Shown here in pieces: positions 36,806-45,273 of a stretch of 64,000 bases of DNA. The translations under genes were made by a program, and so were the position numbers. This DNA comes from a virus (Duplodnaviria > Caudoviricetes), in the IMG/VR virus record IMGVR_UViG_3300011435_000001, positions 8,648-72,647 of that record; one strand, given 5' to 3'. The notes under the pieces were generated by a model. The model did no database searches. It was not told the origin of the DNA and saw only the letters and a program-made list of their open reading frames with translations. Numbering within the stretch: position 1 is the stretch's first letter; every line of letters starts with the position of its first letter.

Positions 36806-37180
36806 TTAGGCATACCAAGAGCTGTAGGTTGAACTGTCCGCCGAAACGCGGCGTGCGTAGTAGCGGCTCTCGAAGGAAAAGCTCGCGCCACCCTTGCCGT
36901 TGTAGTTAACCTTGCGAAAGGTCTCAGGATTGCCGCTGCTGTAGCCACCGCACCACTGGGACTTCGCGAGGAAGTTGCCGGGCGTGGGCTTGACGGTCTC
37001 GCACATGAATCCTGCGGTGCCGGGCACTGAAGAGGCGCCAATCTCGCGGACGTAGCAGCCCTTCGGCGTGATGCGCGTGACCTGAAAGTAGTTGACGTTG
37101 GTCTGGTCGTAGCCCCAAGACATTTCGAAAATGTCGCCGACGGCTACAGGTTTCACGGGAATTGTGGGTGTTTCGTTCAT
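36806..37180 (-). CDS. Conserved phage hypothetical protein
   Basis: VGDIFEMSWGYDQTNVNYFQV motif. Confidence 0.7.
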   Translation of the reverse strand: MNETPTIPVKPVAVGDIFEMSWGYDQTNVNYFQVTRITPKGCYVREIGASSVPGTAGFMCETVKPTPGNFLAKSQWCGGYSSGNPETFRKVNYNGKGGASFSFESRYYARRVSADSSTYSSWYA

Positions 37181-37184
37181 GGGA

Positions 37185-37403
37185 TTAGAGGGAGAGGAAA
37201 AGGGAGTTGCCGAACGGCGTGAGGCGCGCGAGGTCGGCGACCAGCACGTATGCCACGCTGCGCTGCGCGTAGGACGCGAACCACTCGATGTGAACCCCTC
37301 CTCGGTCCACGCTGTAGACCTTGGCGCTGATGCTGTCGCCGTTGGGGGCGCTGAAGACCACACACTCTCCGACTTTGAAGGACCGGGACTTGTTTTTTGT
37401 CAT
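37185..37403 (-). CDS. Small hypothetical protein
   Basis: Own promoter TTGCGT-16 nt-TAGTTT (37409-37436), 5 nt to ATG. Confidence 0.6.
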   Translation of the reverse strand: MTKNKSRSFKVGECVVFSAPNGDSISAKVYSVDRGGVHIEWFASYAQRSVAYVLVADLARLTPFGNSLFLSL

Positions 37404-37446
37404 GCCGTAAACTACCACGGCGCGCGAAGAACGCAAGAAGGAAGAA

Positions 37447-37620
37447 CTACTGATTGGTAGACCGGGGATTCTCGGGTATCGTGTTGGCGAGGGCCTCTTC
37501 AATCGCGGCCCTGATTGCCCGCTGGTTCTCCCCGTCAATGCTGTCCCACCACTCGTCAAAACCTGCGTGGCCCTCGAGCACCTTCAACACCAGCTTGGTC
37601 AGTCTCTTGGCTTCGGTCAT
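37447..37620 (-). CDS. Small hypothetical protein
   Basis: ATGA coupling. Confidence 0.55.
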   Translation of the reverse strand: MTEAKRLTKLVLKVLEGHAGFDEWWDSIDGENQRAIRAAIEEALANTIPENPRSTNQ

Positions 37621-37826
37621 AACAGCAACTCCCTCACGTCCCCGTTCCAATACACCTTCTCGAACTCGGGGCAATCTTTGTTCGCACACCACAGGGCCTT
37701 GTCGCCGTCCCACCAGACGTGGGGCTTCCGGCACTTCTCGCACTTGAGCAGGCCGCAGTGTCGGGCGCGTGGCTCAGTGTCCTCGTCAGGTCCCAGTGGT
37801 GGTGGAGGAGGTGTCGGAGTTTCCAT
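37617..37826 (-). CDS. Small Cys-rich protein
   Basis: CEKC...CANKDC. Confidence 0.5.
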   Translation of the reverse strand: METPTPPPPPLGPDEDTEPRARHCGLLKCEKCRKPHVWWDGDKALWCANKDCPEFEKVYWNGDVRELLL

Positions 37827-37989
37827 TTTCCTTTTTGGGTTTGGGTTTGGGTTTACCCCAGTCAATGGCGTCGTAGTTCTCGTGGAATTTTTTGTTGTCA
37901 GACACACGCGTCTTGCTGCCCTTGCCGGGTCCTCCCTGCATTCCGAAGTCGCGCTGTCTTCCCATCATGCCAGTGTTGGGCGGTGCCAT
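37786..37989 (-). CDS. Small hypothetical protein (GKGSKTR...NYDAIDW)
   Basis: Pattern I recognise from small phage proteins. Confidence 0.5.
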   Translation of the reverse strand: MAPPNTGMMGRQRDFGMQGGPGKGSKTRVSDNKKFHENYDAIDWGKPKPKPKKENGNSDTSSTTTGT

Positions 37990-37990
37990 A

Positions 37991-38197
37991 TCAAATGTCG
38001 TCTCCGTCGTAGTAGTCGTAAGGGTCGAGGTCGTCCGCGTTACGACCGTCCTTGCCGTCCTTACCCGGGACTCCCACTTGTCCGGGAAGTCCCATAGGCC
38101 CCGTGTCACCCTTCTCTCCCTTCGGACCACGACGACACAGCAGTCCTCCGGCAATCAAGCCCAACAGAAAATTGCAGATGAATCCTTCGATGCTCAT
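37991..38197 (-). CDS. 68-aa membrane-anchored mini-collagen
   Basis: Hydrophobic N-terminus, then 10 consecutive G-X-Y triplets and an acidic tail. Confidence 0.65.
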   Translation of the reverse strand: MSIEGFICNFLLGLIAGGLLCRRGPKGEKGDTGPMGLPGQVGVPGKDGKDGRNADDLDPYDYYDGDDI

Positions 38198-38682
38198 GAT
38201 TTTGTTGCGTCGATGTCCTTCTGAGTCACCACCACGGGCGCGAAGACCGTCGGTGCCACCGCTTCACCAGCGAGGCCGGCTTCTTCCATTTGCTTCTGGC
38301 ACTTGAAAAGGAAGTTGATGCCATCGCACACCATCTGTGCCGTCTCGGGCTGACGGGTCGTGGCCAAGAAACCGGGCCGAGGTTCCTTGGTGGCATCGGG
38401 TTCAATGTTCACGCACACCACATACACTCCCGGGCGCGTGGGCTGGCTCACCCACTCGCAGATAAGCCCGCTTGAAGGGAACGGGTAAAACTTCATGCCC
38501 TCCGCTTCCTTGTGTTGTTGTTCCGGAGAAACTTCAGTCTCCGTCTTCTTGTAGTCCGCTCCTTGCACCACCACCTTGTTGCTGGCGTGCTGCACGAACT
38601 GTGCCTTGATGTTGTCGATGTTCGCCGCAGTGGGGTGCAGCGGACGGTGTTTTCCGTTGTGGGTGTTGTTGGTGTTGCTCAT
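38194..38682 (-). CDS. Hypothetical protein
   Basis: Coding-like codon usage. Confidence 0.65.
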   Translation of the reverse strand: MSNTNNTHNGKHRPLHPTAANIDNIKAQFVQHASNKVVVQGADYKKTETEVSPEQQHKEAEGMKFYPFPSSGLICEWVSQPTRPGVYVVCVNIEPDATKEPRPGFLATTRQPETAQMVCDGINFLFKCQKQMEEAGLAGEAVAPTVFAPVVVTQKDIDATKS

Positions 38683-38851
38683 GGTTTTGTGATGAGGGCT
38701 CTTTGGTTTTCTGCTGCGATGTCCCCGCATTGCGCGAGTCTATATTTTCTGAGCGAGGCGAGGGCTGCCTTCTCTCCCGGAGTCAGGCCAAGCCTCTCCA
38801 CCCTTCGCTCATTGGCTTCCTCTTTCGCCTTGATGCTGCGTGACATTGCGC

Positions 38852-39781
38852 TCACAGTGATGGTGGTCTTTCGTTGGTGAGTTTCTCAAGCGCAGCAGTG
38901 AGGCGCGCGCGTTCCTTCTCAATCTCCTGAATGAGTTTCTCCCCCTTGTCCCGAACGCTGACCACCGCGACTGCAACGGCGTTGTTGTATTCGTTCAAGC
39001 GTGCTGCGAACGGAGAGCCACTACGGCATTGAGGCACACGGGCCGAGGCGGCGCTACAAAAGTATTTGTGAGTAGTCTCAATCCTCTCCACCAAGCTGCC
39101 CGGTGTGGACCTATTGAATTGCTCGAGGTCCTTCTGCGCCTCACGCACACCCTCCACCCACGAGCGTAGACGCCAGTCATCCTTCTCCCTCGCGTGCTTC
39201 TCGAAGGCGTCCAAGTCCAGCTCGGGCTTGTTTAGGTCACGGTGCTGCCACAATTGAGCGCGGTGTTGCTCTATGAAGTCGTGCAGCTCAGCTCCCCAAG
39301 CGTCATCATTCTCGAGGCGCTCGAGTGGTGTTTGCTGCGCCATCTCTGCTGCGCTGAGGTATTCCTCGACTGAACCGTGCGAGAATGGAATGGACAGGAA
39401 AAACTTTTTGAGCAGCACCAGCTTCCAGAAGTCACACTCCAAGGCGCACTCTTCCTTGGTCGTGAATGAGGTGGACACAGGAAAACGTGATGCCGTGTTG
39501 GGCCCGGAGTCTTCGTTGACGCAGTGCTGTAGCCCACGCTTGGCCAGTTGCTCCTTCACCTCCGACGGTATCGTGTAGCCCCAGCAGTCCGCCTTGAACA
39601 CACTGACTGGGCGGCCCTGCCGCATTGGCTCCTTGAAGGCATTGGAGCTTACAGAAAAGCGGAAGTGGAAGGGCGTCGCCTTGCTCGGATGAGAGTAGAT
39701 ATGTCGGTAACTTTGCACGCACTGAACATATGCGACGTAATGACCTCGCGTCAACTTAGAGAGTTCTTTTTGTTGGTGCAA
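38852..39781 (-). CDS. Hypothetical protein (start uncertain), first gene of the minus arm
   Basis: 309-aa ORF with a coiled-coil C-terminus. Confidence 0.55.
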   Translation of the reverse strand: MHQQKELSKLTRGHYVAYVQCVQSYRHIYSHPSKATPFHFRFSVSSNAFKEPMRQGRPVSVFKADCWGYTIPSEVKEQLAKRGLQHCVNEDSGPNTASRFPVSTSFTTKEECALECDFWKLVLLKKFFLSIPFSHGSVEEYLSAAEMAQQTPLERLENDDAWGAELHDFIEQHRAQLWQHRDLNKPELDLDAFEKHAREKDDWRLRSWVEGVREAQKDLEQFNRSTPGSLVERIETTHKYFCSAASARVPQCRSGSPFAARLNEYNNAVAVAVVSVRDKGEKLIQEIEKERARLTAALEKLTNERPPSL

Positions 39782-39817
39782 GGCATGTCGCAGACACTGC
39801 TTGGAGAAGGAGGGTTT

Positions 39818-39936
39818 ATTTTCCGGGGGAAAGGGCGTTGGTATTCGATGATTATCTTTTTACATATATCTTTATACACGAGTTAGTATATGTGTGTGTG
39901 TATAGGTGAACAGTGACGCCCAAATCCCCGGAAAAT
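39818..39936. repeat. Imperfect inverted repeat enclosing an AT-rich core at the strand-divergence point
   Basis: ATTTTCCGGGG (39818-39828)/CCCCGGAAAAT (39926-39936) plus GGGCGT/ACGCCC. Confidence 0.7.
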
Positions 39937-40099
39937 CTAGGGGCCTTGGGGCGCACAGACACAGGGGCGCGAAGATGGGGCTATGCCCCCTTTTAATTTT
40001 GGGGTGGCGTGTGAGACCCAAAAGGCGCAAAGGCGAACTGGATTGACATTCGCCGCTCACGCGGACCTATTGTGTGTGCCACTCGACACAAACGAACCG

Positions 40100-40276
40100 A
40101 TGGACCCCGAGCAGCCCACCAGTGCTGCGGGCTCACCAGCCGAACAGGACAAGGAGGCCGCACTTTTCGAAGCGGCTCCAGCAATTGCCAAGCTGCTCTA
40201 TCAGGAGAGCAAGAGGGTGCGGCGAATGGTGGCACGAAAGTTGTGGTGGCAGAACAACAAGGGCCCCAAGACATGA
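40100..40276 (+). CDS. Small hypothetical protein
   Basis: First + strand ORF after the divergence. Confidence 0.5.
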   Translation: MDPEQPTSAAGSPAEQDKEAALFEAAPAIAKLLYQESKRVRRMVARKLWWQNNKGPKT

Positions 40277-40515
40277 GCGTGGAACCAATCCAGTGGGTCT
40301 TACTGTGCAAGATGAACGACGACCCCGCTGACCAATGGGAGGAATCAGTTCACTCGCCCAAGGACGGATTTACAGACCGGTCTGTGGCGCTGAGAGCGTG
40401 CGCGAAGCTCAGGAAATACACTGAACAGTTTTTCTACTGCGTGGCGCCGCGACACAATTGCGAGACTTACCCGAAGACTGGGCTGCTCCGACTCAAGGCA
40501 GGATTTGAATCGTGA
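40273..40515 (+). CDS. Small hypothetical protein
   Basis: ATGA coupling. Confidence 0.5.
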   Translation: MSVEPIQWVLLCKMNDDPADQWEESVHSPKDGFTDRSVALRACAKLRKYTEQFFYCVAPRHNCETYPKTGLLRLKAGFES

Positions 40516-41156
40516 AGCCAATCGACAAGAATAAGATTGACGTGGCTCAGGCTTTTCTCGTTTACATGGCCTGCGTCGGTGACACCGACAAGACAGCCGT
40601 GGCGCTCGACCTCGAGCCAGAGCAGGTGCGATTGCTTGCGGAGTCTGAGGGCTGGACAGATAAGATTCGGCGCGTGTCCCTCATGTCCAAGAGCGGCAAG
40701 CCCGGCGACTTCGAACGTGCAACCAATCGCGCGCTTGCGTTCGTGCAGGCTCAGTGTATCCGTGAGCAAGTCAATCGACTGTTGCGCGAGGTCACGAAGA
40801 TGACCGACGACGAGCTGCTGAGCCGTGCGTGCGTTCGCACTCGCGATGGTGGACAGCAAATCTCAGCCAAGTTTTTGGTGGACCTTGCGGGCGCAGCCGA
40901 GGCTTGCCATCGCATGGCTTACATGGCCTTGGGCGACACTGTGACTGAGCGAGCAGAGCGCGAAGGCGGAGGCACAGGCGGACCGAACAGCAACGACATG
41001 CACAGTGCAATTATTGCGCACCTAAGCAATCCCGGGCTCAACCCTGAGCCAGTAACGCAACGCCTTATCAACGAGGCAAATGCGGAGATACAGCGTAGGT
41101 CTACAGTAGAATCCCCACTCGATAAGTCGGGGATTGCTGAAGCAGAGGACCAGTGA
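40512..41156 (+). CDS. Possible terminase small subunit (HTH plus helical domain)
   Basis: HTH-like N-terminus ending in LAESEGW, helical core, disordered tail; same strand as terL. Confidence 0.45.
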   Translation: MKPIDKNKIDVAQAFLVYMACVGDTDKTAVALDLEPEQVRLLAESEGWTDKIRRVSLMSKSGKPGDFERATNRALAFVQAQCIREQVNRLLREVTKMTDDELLSRACVRTRDGGQQISAKFLVDLAGAAEACHRMAYMALGDTVTERAEREGGGTGGPNSNDMHSAIIAHLSNPGLNPEPVTQRLINEANAEIQRRSTVESPLDKSGIAEAEDQ

Positions 41157-41540
41157 GCGAACATCGAGCGCCTTAACTCGGCGCGTCGGTGCGCCAAAAT
41201 GGCACAGTGCGTGATTCTCACGCATCCAGATTGGGTGAATACACCCAACTCCAGTTGGTCCGTTGGACCTCGCGTCCGTAAGGCACACAGGACCAGCAGC
41301 TTGCGGGCGCAAGAAGAGTGCCCACACTCGCAACAGAGGCTCTCGGCAAGATTTGCCTATCGGTTTCGAGGTCGCGAGGACCCCACCCGGCCCGGGGGAA
41401 TCCGGGGGGAGGGGGTCGGCTCAGCAGTCGCCGCGCCATGAAAAAATATGCCTTCTCGTGACCTCTACGTCTTGACGCTACCGGAGTTCTACGACATGGG
41501 GGAAATCCCCCCTTTGACTCGACGTCTTCCCGCCCCACTC

Positions 41541-41568
41541 TTGACAACTTTCCGACCTGTGCGACATT
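41541..41568 (+). promoter_or_regulatory. Sigma70-type extended -10 promoter, leaderless
   Basis: TTGACA-16 nt-GACATT, 5 nt to the ATG at 41574. Confidence 0.65.
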
Positions 41569-41573
41569 ACGTC

Positions 41574-42041
41574 ATGATAGAAAACTTCACCTACACCGAC
41601 GGTGGCCGCCGGGCCGATAATTTTCACTTCGAGCGAAAAGACTGCACGGTCCGCGCTCTTGCCATCGCCTCAGACCAGCCCTATTCGTGGGCTCACGGAA
41701 TTCTCAAATCTCTGGGTCGACCGACCGGCAAGGGCTTTCGCTTCTCCACCGCTGCCACTCACTTGGCCCTCACCGAGCACGCCCAACCGAAGCGCGGCTG
41801 TGGTCGCAGCCGTGTGAAAACAGCCATCAGGAAATACGCCAAGGGCCGTTTCATCTTCCGCATCCGCGGCCACGTTTTCGCAGTGGTCGACGGAGTCATC
41901 CACGACAGTAGCGAACCCCGCACTCTCCTCAACTGCACGGTCACCGCTGTGTGGGAGTGGAATGGACTCGCGACTCCCCCAGTTGACACCGCGAAGGTTT
42001 CGTGCGACACTCTGCCATTGTTCACTGTGCCCGCAATATGA
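41574..42041 (+). CDS. Phage protein with a papain-like Cys-His-Asp pattern
   Basis: KDCTVRALAIA...GHVFAVVDG.IHD. Confidence 0.65.
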   Translation: MIENFTYTDGGRRADNFHFERKDCTVRALAIASDQPYSWAHGILKSLGRPTGKGFRFSTAATHLALTEHAQPKRGCGRSRVKTAIRKYAKGRFIFRIRGHVFAVVDGVIHDSSEPRTLLNCTVTAVWEWNGLATPPVDTAKVSCDTLPLFTVPAI

Positions 42042-42298
42042 AAAAACTTTTCCTCACTCTTGCCCTCGCCCTCGCCGCATCGAGTGCGCCCGCCCTCCAC
42101 GTGGAGTGGGACTTCGACGCGCGGTATCTTGACACACTGATTTACTGGAACGACGAACACCGCAGGTGGGACCCGGTGCCGGGACCCTACGAGGTGCGCA
42201 ACGGCAAGTATTTCATCCCGATTGTCGCCGACCAACCGTCGCGGCTCTATCGCGTGGCACGCGTCGACGGAACTCCGCAAGTAATCACATCTCCATGA
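42038..42298 (+). CDS. Small secreted protein
   Basis: Signal peptide MKKLFLTLALALAASSA. Confidence 0.65.
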   Translation: MKKLFLTLALALAASSAPALHVEWDFDARYLDTLIYWNDEHRRWDPVPGPYEVRNGKYFIPIVADQPSRLYRVARVDGTPQVITSP

Positions 42299-42732
42299 AA
42301 CTCCTCCCCCTCTCACTGCTTTTCGTTTGTCTGACTACGTGTGTGCTGTCGGCTGACGAGTCGTTGCCGGAGTTTAAGCGGCTCCCGCACTGGCGGCAGC
42401 ACGAGAAGTGCCTGCCCTTTTCCTACGAGTGCTTGGAAGCGCTCCACGCCAAGGGGATTCCGGCAACGCAAATTTTTTACAAGTGGCAGCAGGCCGGGGA
42501 ACACGGAGAAGATTCCGGGTTCCACGCCGCCGTGCTTTTCCAGCACAAGGGAAAGTTCTGGTTCATGGACAACACGCGCTTCGCTCCGCGCGAGGTCACG
42601 GCGAAGACGGACCACGGCTGCATTATGCAGACGCAACCGTCGAAGCTGGTGTTCATCACCCTCGTCGACCGTTGGGGGAACAAGCAACCAACGCGGCTGT
42701 TATCAGACCGATTCAGGAAGGCGGGAATATGA
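42295..42732 (+). CDS. Secreted transglutaminase/papain-like protein
   Basis: Signal peptide; KCLP, FHAAVLF, FMDN. Confidence 0.6.
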   Translation: MKLLPLSLLFVCLTTCVLSADESLPEFKRLPHWRQHEKCLPFSYECLEALHAKGIPATQIFYKWQQAGEHGEDSGFHAAVLFQHKGKFWFMDNTRFAPREVTAKTDHGCIMQTQPSKLVFITLVDRWGNKQPTRLLSDRFRKAGI

Positions 42733-43016
42733 CCAGCAAATCCATCATCCAATCCTACGTCTATCCAGAGGGCAAGCCCGACACCGAGTGCTACATGGTC
42801 TCGACCATAGAGCGCGACAGCTCCGCTGCCGCACATGCGGGCACCTATTTCGAGACCATCGTTTGGAAGTGGGACACCAAGACGCGTCAGCGCGAGGACA
42901 AAATCTTGCTGGTGGAAAACAGCGTGAAAACGCTCACGCACCATCAGGTCATTTGTGAAACGATTTTCCTGCACGGTATTGAAAGGCTTTGCAGCCCCGA
43001 ACTTGACAACCGCTGA
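42729..43016 (+). CDS. Hypothetical protein
   Basis: ATGA coupling; VSTIER...YFETIVW. Confidence 0.6.
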   Translation: MTSKSIIQSYVYPEGKPDTECYMVSTIERDSSAAAHAGTYFETIVWKWDTKTRQREDKILLVENSVKTLTHHQVICETIFLHGIERLCSPELDNR

Positions 43017-43039
43017 ATCTGTGGCACCTTTCCTGCCAG

Positions 43040-43159
43040 ATGAAAAAGCTGAAACCCATCAAGGTGCGAAGACACTGGGGCACGCTCTCACCTGTGACCC
43101 GGGTCAAGCCGTCGGCGAAAATCTACAACCGAAAATCAACCAAGAATCAAAACCAGTGA
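43040..43159 (+). CDS. 39-aa basic peptide (RRHWGTLSPVTRVKPSAKIYNRK)
   Basis: Promoter TTGACA-16 nt-CACCTT at 43003-43030; not in the ORF track. Confidence 0.55.
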   Translation: MKKLKPIKVRRHWGTLSPVTRVKPSAKIYNRKSTKNQNQ

Positions 43160-43173
43160 GAACACCAGACGAA

Positions 43174-43515
43174 ATGAGTGCGCGACTAGCGGCGCAGGAG
43201 GCCCACCGTGACTCCGCAGTAGAGACCCGCGTAAAAGAGCTGGCCCTCCAGTGGGTTGCCGCCCTCAACGACAGCGTGGAGAAGGCCTTCAACTCGGAGT
43301 GGCCTGTGGAGTCCGTCTCCGTCGCATCCAACCAGCTTGAGGTCGGCTCAACAAAGACGCCCTTTGAGGACGTGATAACGCTGGCTGCGGACCGTGTGAC
43401 GTCGCACTTCCTAACCCAAAAGGGGACCCCCGGGTTCAACGCTTGGAAGCATGTAAGCAAATATGGCTGGGTTTCCGTTGAAGTGGTTTGGGGCACCCCG
43501 CCGAAAGCAACATGA
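43174..43515 (+). CDS. Hypothetical protein
   Basis: Overlap coupling to the recombinase. Confidence 0.55.
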   Translation: MSARLAAQEAHRDSAVETRVKELALQWVAALNDSVEKAFNSEWPVESVSVASNQLEVGSTKTPFEDVITLAADRVTSHFLTQKGTPGFNAWKHVSKYGWVSVEVVWGTPPKAT

Positions 43516-44228
43516 AAGTTTTCGCCTACCTTCGCGTCAGCACCAAGGAACAACTGGACGGCGGCGGATTTGAACGCCAGCTCGAGACCATCAAGTCACT
43601 CTGCGCGCACCGCGGCTGGACCATCGCCCGAGCCCCCTTCCGCGACCAGCAAAGTGGCGGGACGGAATTCGAAGGACGCGCCGGGCTGCAAGAAATTCTC
43701 GCCCTCGCTGGCGGGGACAACGCCCTCGGCATTGATACCGTCGTGGTGGAAAACGCCTCTCGCATTGCGCGCGACCTGATGGTGCAGGAGATTTTTCTGA
43801 GTGAGTGCCGCAAGAGACAAATCAAAGTCGTAGCCGCCGACTGCGGCGAGGAACTCGTCATGGCGGGTGCGGACCCCACGCGGGTTCTGATTCGACAGAT
43901 TCTCGGTGCCTTGGCCCAGTGGGAAAAATCCCAGACCGTCTTGAAGCTGCAAGCGGGGCGGCGCAAGAAGGCGCGCGAGACTGGGGTGCCCTGCGGTGGT
44001 CCCGTGCCCTACGGAAAGAACCCCGGAGAACTGGCGGTCATTGCTGACATTTGGAAACTCCGCAAGGCGGGCAAGTCGATGCGAGACATCGCGAATAAAA
44101 TGCAGGAACTCGGTTACCCGGCGCCCGCGGGAAAAAACTGGTATGGCGTCACGGTGCTACAGATTTTACGGCGCGAAGAGAACCGGCGCTCCGCTGAACT
44201 CAGGTTCTCAATGGACAACGACCAATGA
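43512..44228 (+). CDS. Serine recombinase (resolvase/invertase family) with a C-terminal HTH
   Basis: FAYLRVST (catalytic Ser), QLETI, VVENASRIARD, PYG...SMRDIAN...W. Confidence 0.9.
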   Translation: MKVFAYLRVSTKEQLDGGGFERQLETIKSLCAHRGWTIARAPFRDQQSGGTEFEGRAGLQEILALAGGDNALGIDTVVVENASRIARDLMVQEIFLSECRKRQIKVVAADCGEELVMAGADPTRVLIRQILGALAQWEKSQTVLKLQAGRRKKARETGVPCGGPVPYGKNPGELAVIADIWKLRKAGKSMRDIANKMQELGYPAPAGKNWYGVTVLQILRREENRRSAELRFSMDNDQ

Positions 44229-44391
44229 AGCCAGAGAACACCAAGACTGGTCCAGTGGAGTGGCCCGATGACCCGCTGGAAGTGGAGACGCCGCCGAACA
44301 AGAAGCGCTACCGCCGCGTGAAGAAGTCTGTGAAGAAGGGTGTGGTAGTGGTGCAGCCGCCGAAGACTGAGAAGTCTGACGAGATACTTTT

Positions 44392-44619
44392 ATGAGCCAC
44401 GACGCCGCAAAACAAATCGTGCGCGAATACGACAGGCTGTGCAAGTCGAACGCGGCTTTCCGAGAGTTCGTGGAGTTCTGCCCGAGCGCCTCGATGGAGG
44501 AGAGTCTGGAAAGCTGGAAGTGGGTTTCCGCACTCATCGAGAAAGCGATTCACCGGACGATTCGTGATTTGACGCAGCCGCCCGCGCCGCCTACACTGGG
44601 CAAACAGAAAGACCGATAG
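44392..44619 (+). CDS. Hypothetical protein
   Basis: Packed ORF. Confidence 0.55.
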   Translation: MSHDAAKQIVREYDRLCKSNAAFREFVEFCPSASMEESLESWKWVSALIEKAIHRTIRDLTQPPAPPTLGKQKDR

Positions 44620-44620
44620 C

Positions 44621-44899
44621 ATGAACGCAAAAATACTCACCGCTCCCAATGGCGTGCTCATTCGCGCCGACCACATCATCTCGGTGTCTCCGATTATACA
44701 GTCATCCGAACTGGGCACAGACGGCTTCGAGGTTTACGTCATCGGCTCGGAAGCACCTTACGTGTTCGCGGCGGAGTGGGCCCCGGATTGCATCAGCGAA
44801 AAGAAGCGCAAGGAGAAAACGGTGAATCTGCGGCAGGAGTTCGTGGATGCGTGGGCGGCGGCACTCGGCTGGGGGACCTTACCTTTTTCCAACAACTGA
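44621..44899 (+). CDS. Hypothetical protein
   Basis: Packed ORF. Confidence 0.6.
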   Translation: MNAKILTAPNGVLIRADHIISVSPIIQSSELGTDGFEVYVIGSEAPYVFAAEWAPDCISEKKRKEKTVNLRQEFVDAWAAALGWGTLPFSNN

Positions 44900-44903
44900 C
44901 GTC

Positions 44904-45143
44904 ATGTTTTCCCTCTCTGGAATCAAGCTAGCTAACCGCCCCAAGCAGGTCGCCAAGGCGCGACGCCTCGCCCGCGCGCTCAACGCGAGGGACAAGAAGC
45001 ACCCGAAGAATTTTGAGAAGACGGGACGAGCAATCTGCGACGAACTGAACAGGAACGCGTCCCGGCGCGCGAAGGTTGTGTTCTACGCGGACACCCCAAA
45101 GCCCTACGACATCGAGGAGCTGAGGAAGACAAATTTTTCCTGA
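44904..45143 (+). CDS. Basic hypothetical protein
   Basis: Packed ORF. Confidence 0.55.
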   Translation: MFSLSGIKLANRPKQVAKARRLARALNARDKKHPKNFEKTGRAICDELNRNASRRAKVVFYADTPKPYDIEELRKTNFS

Positions 45144-45144
45144 G

Positions 45145-45174
45145 TTGACAGCGCACCAGTTCGCGCGATATGTT
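45145..45174 (+). promoter_or_regulatory. Sigma70 promoter upstream of tRNA-CAT
   Basis: TTGACA-18 nt-TATGTT. Confidence 0.6.
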
Positions 45175-45197
45175 CAGGTGTAGTAGCTCTTTGAAAT

Positions 45198-45270
45198 TGC
45201 GGGGAGAATGGGATTCAAGTCAGTCTCATAAGCTGACCTCTGGTGGTTCGACTCCACCCCGCCGCAACCA
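45198..45270 (+). tRNA. tRNA with a CAT anticodon (elongator Met or Ile2), atypical
   Basis: TCAGT-CTCATAA-GCTGA; GGTGG-TTCGACT-CCACC; encoded ACCA; acceptor stem with one bulged G; very small D arm GAAT/ATTC. Confidence 0.85.
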
Positions 45271-45273
45271 ATT

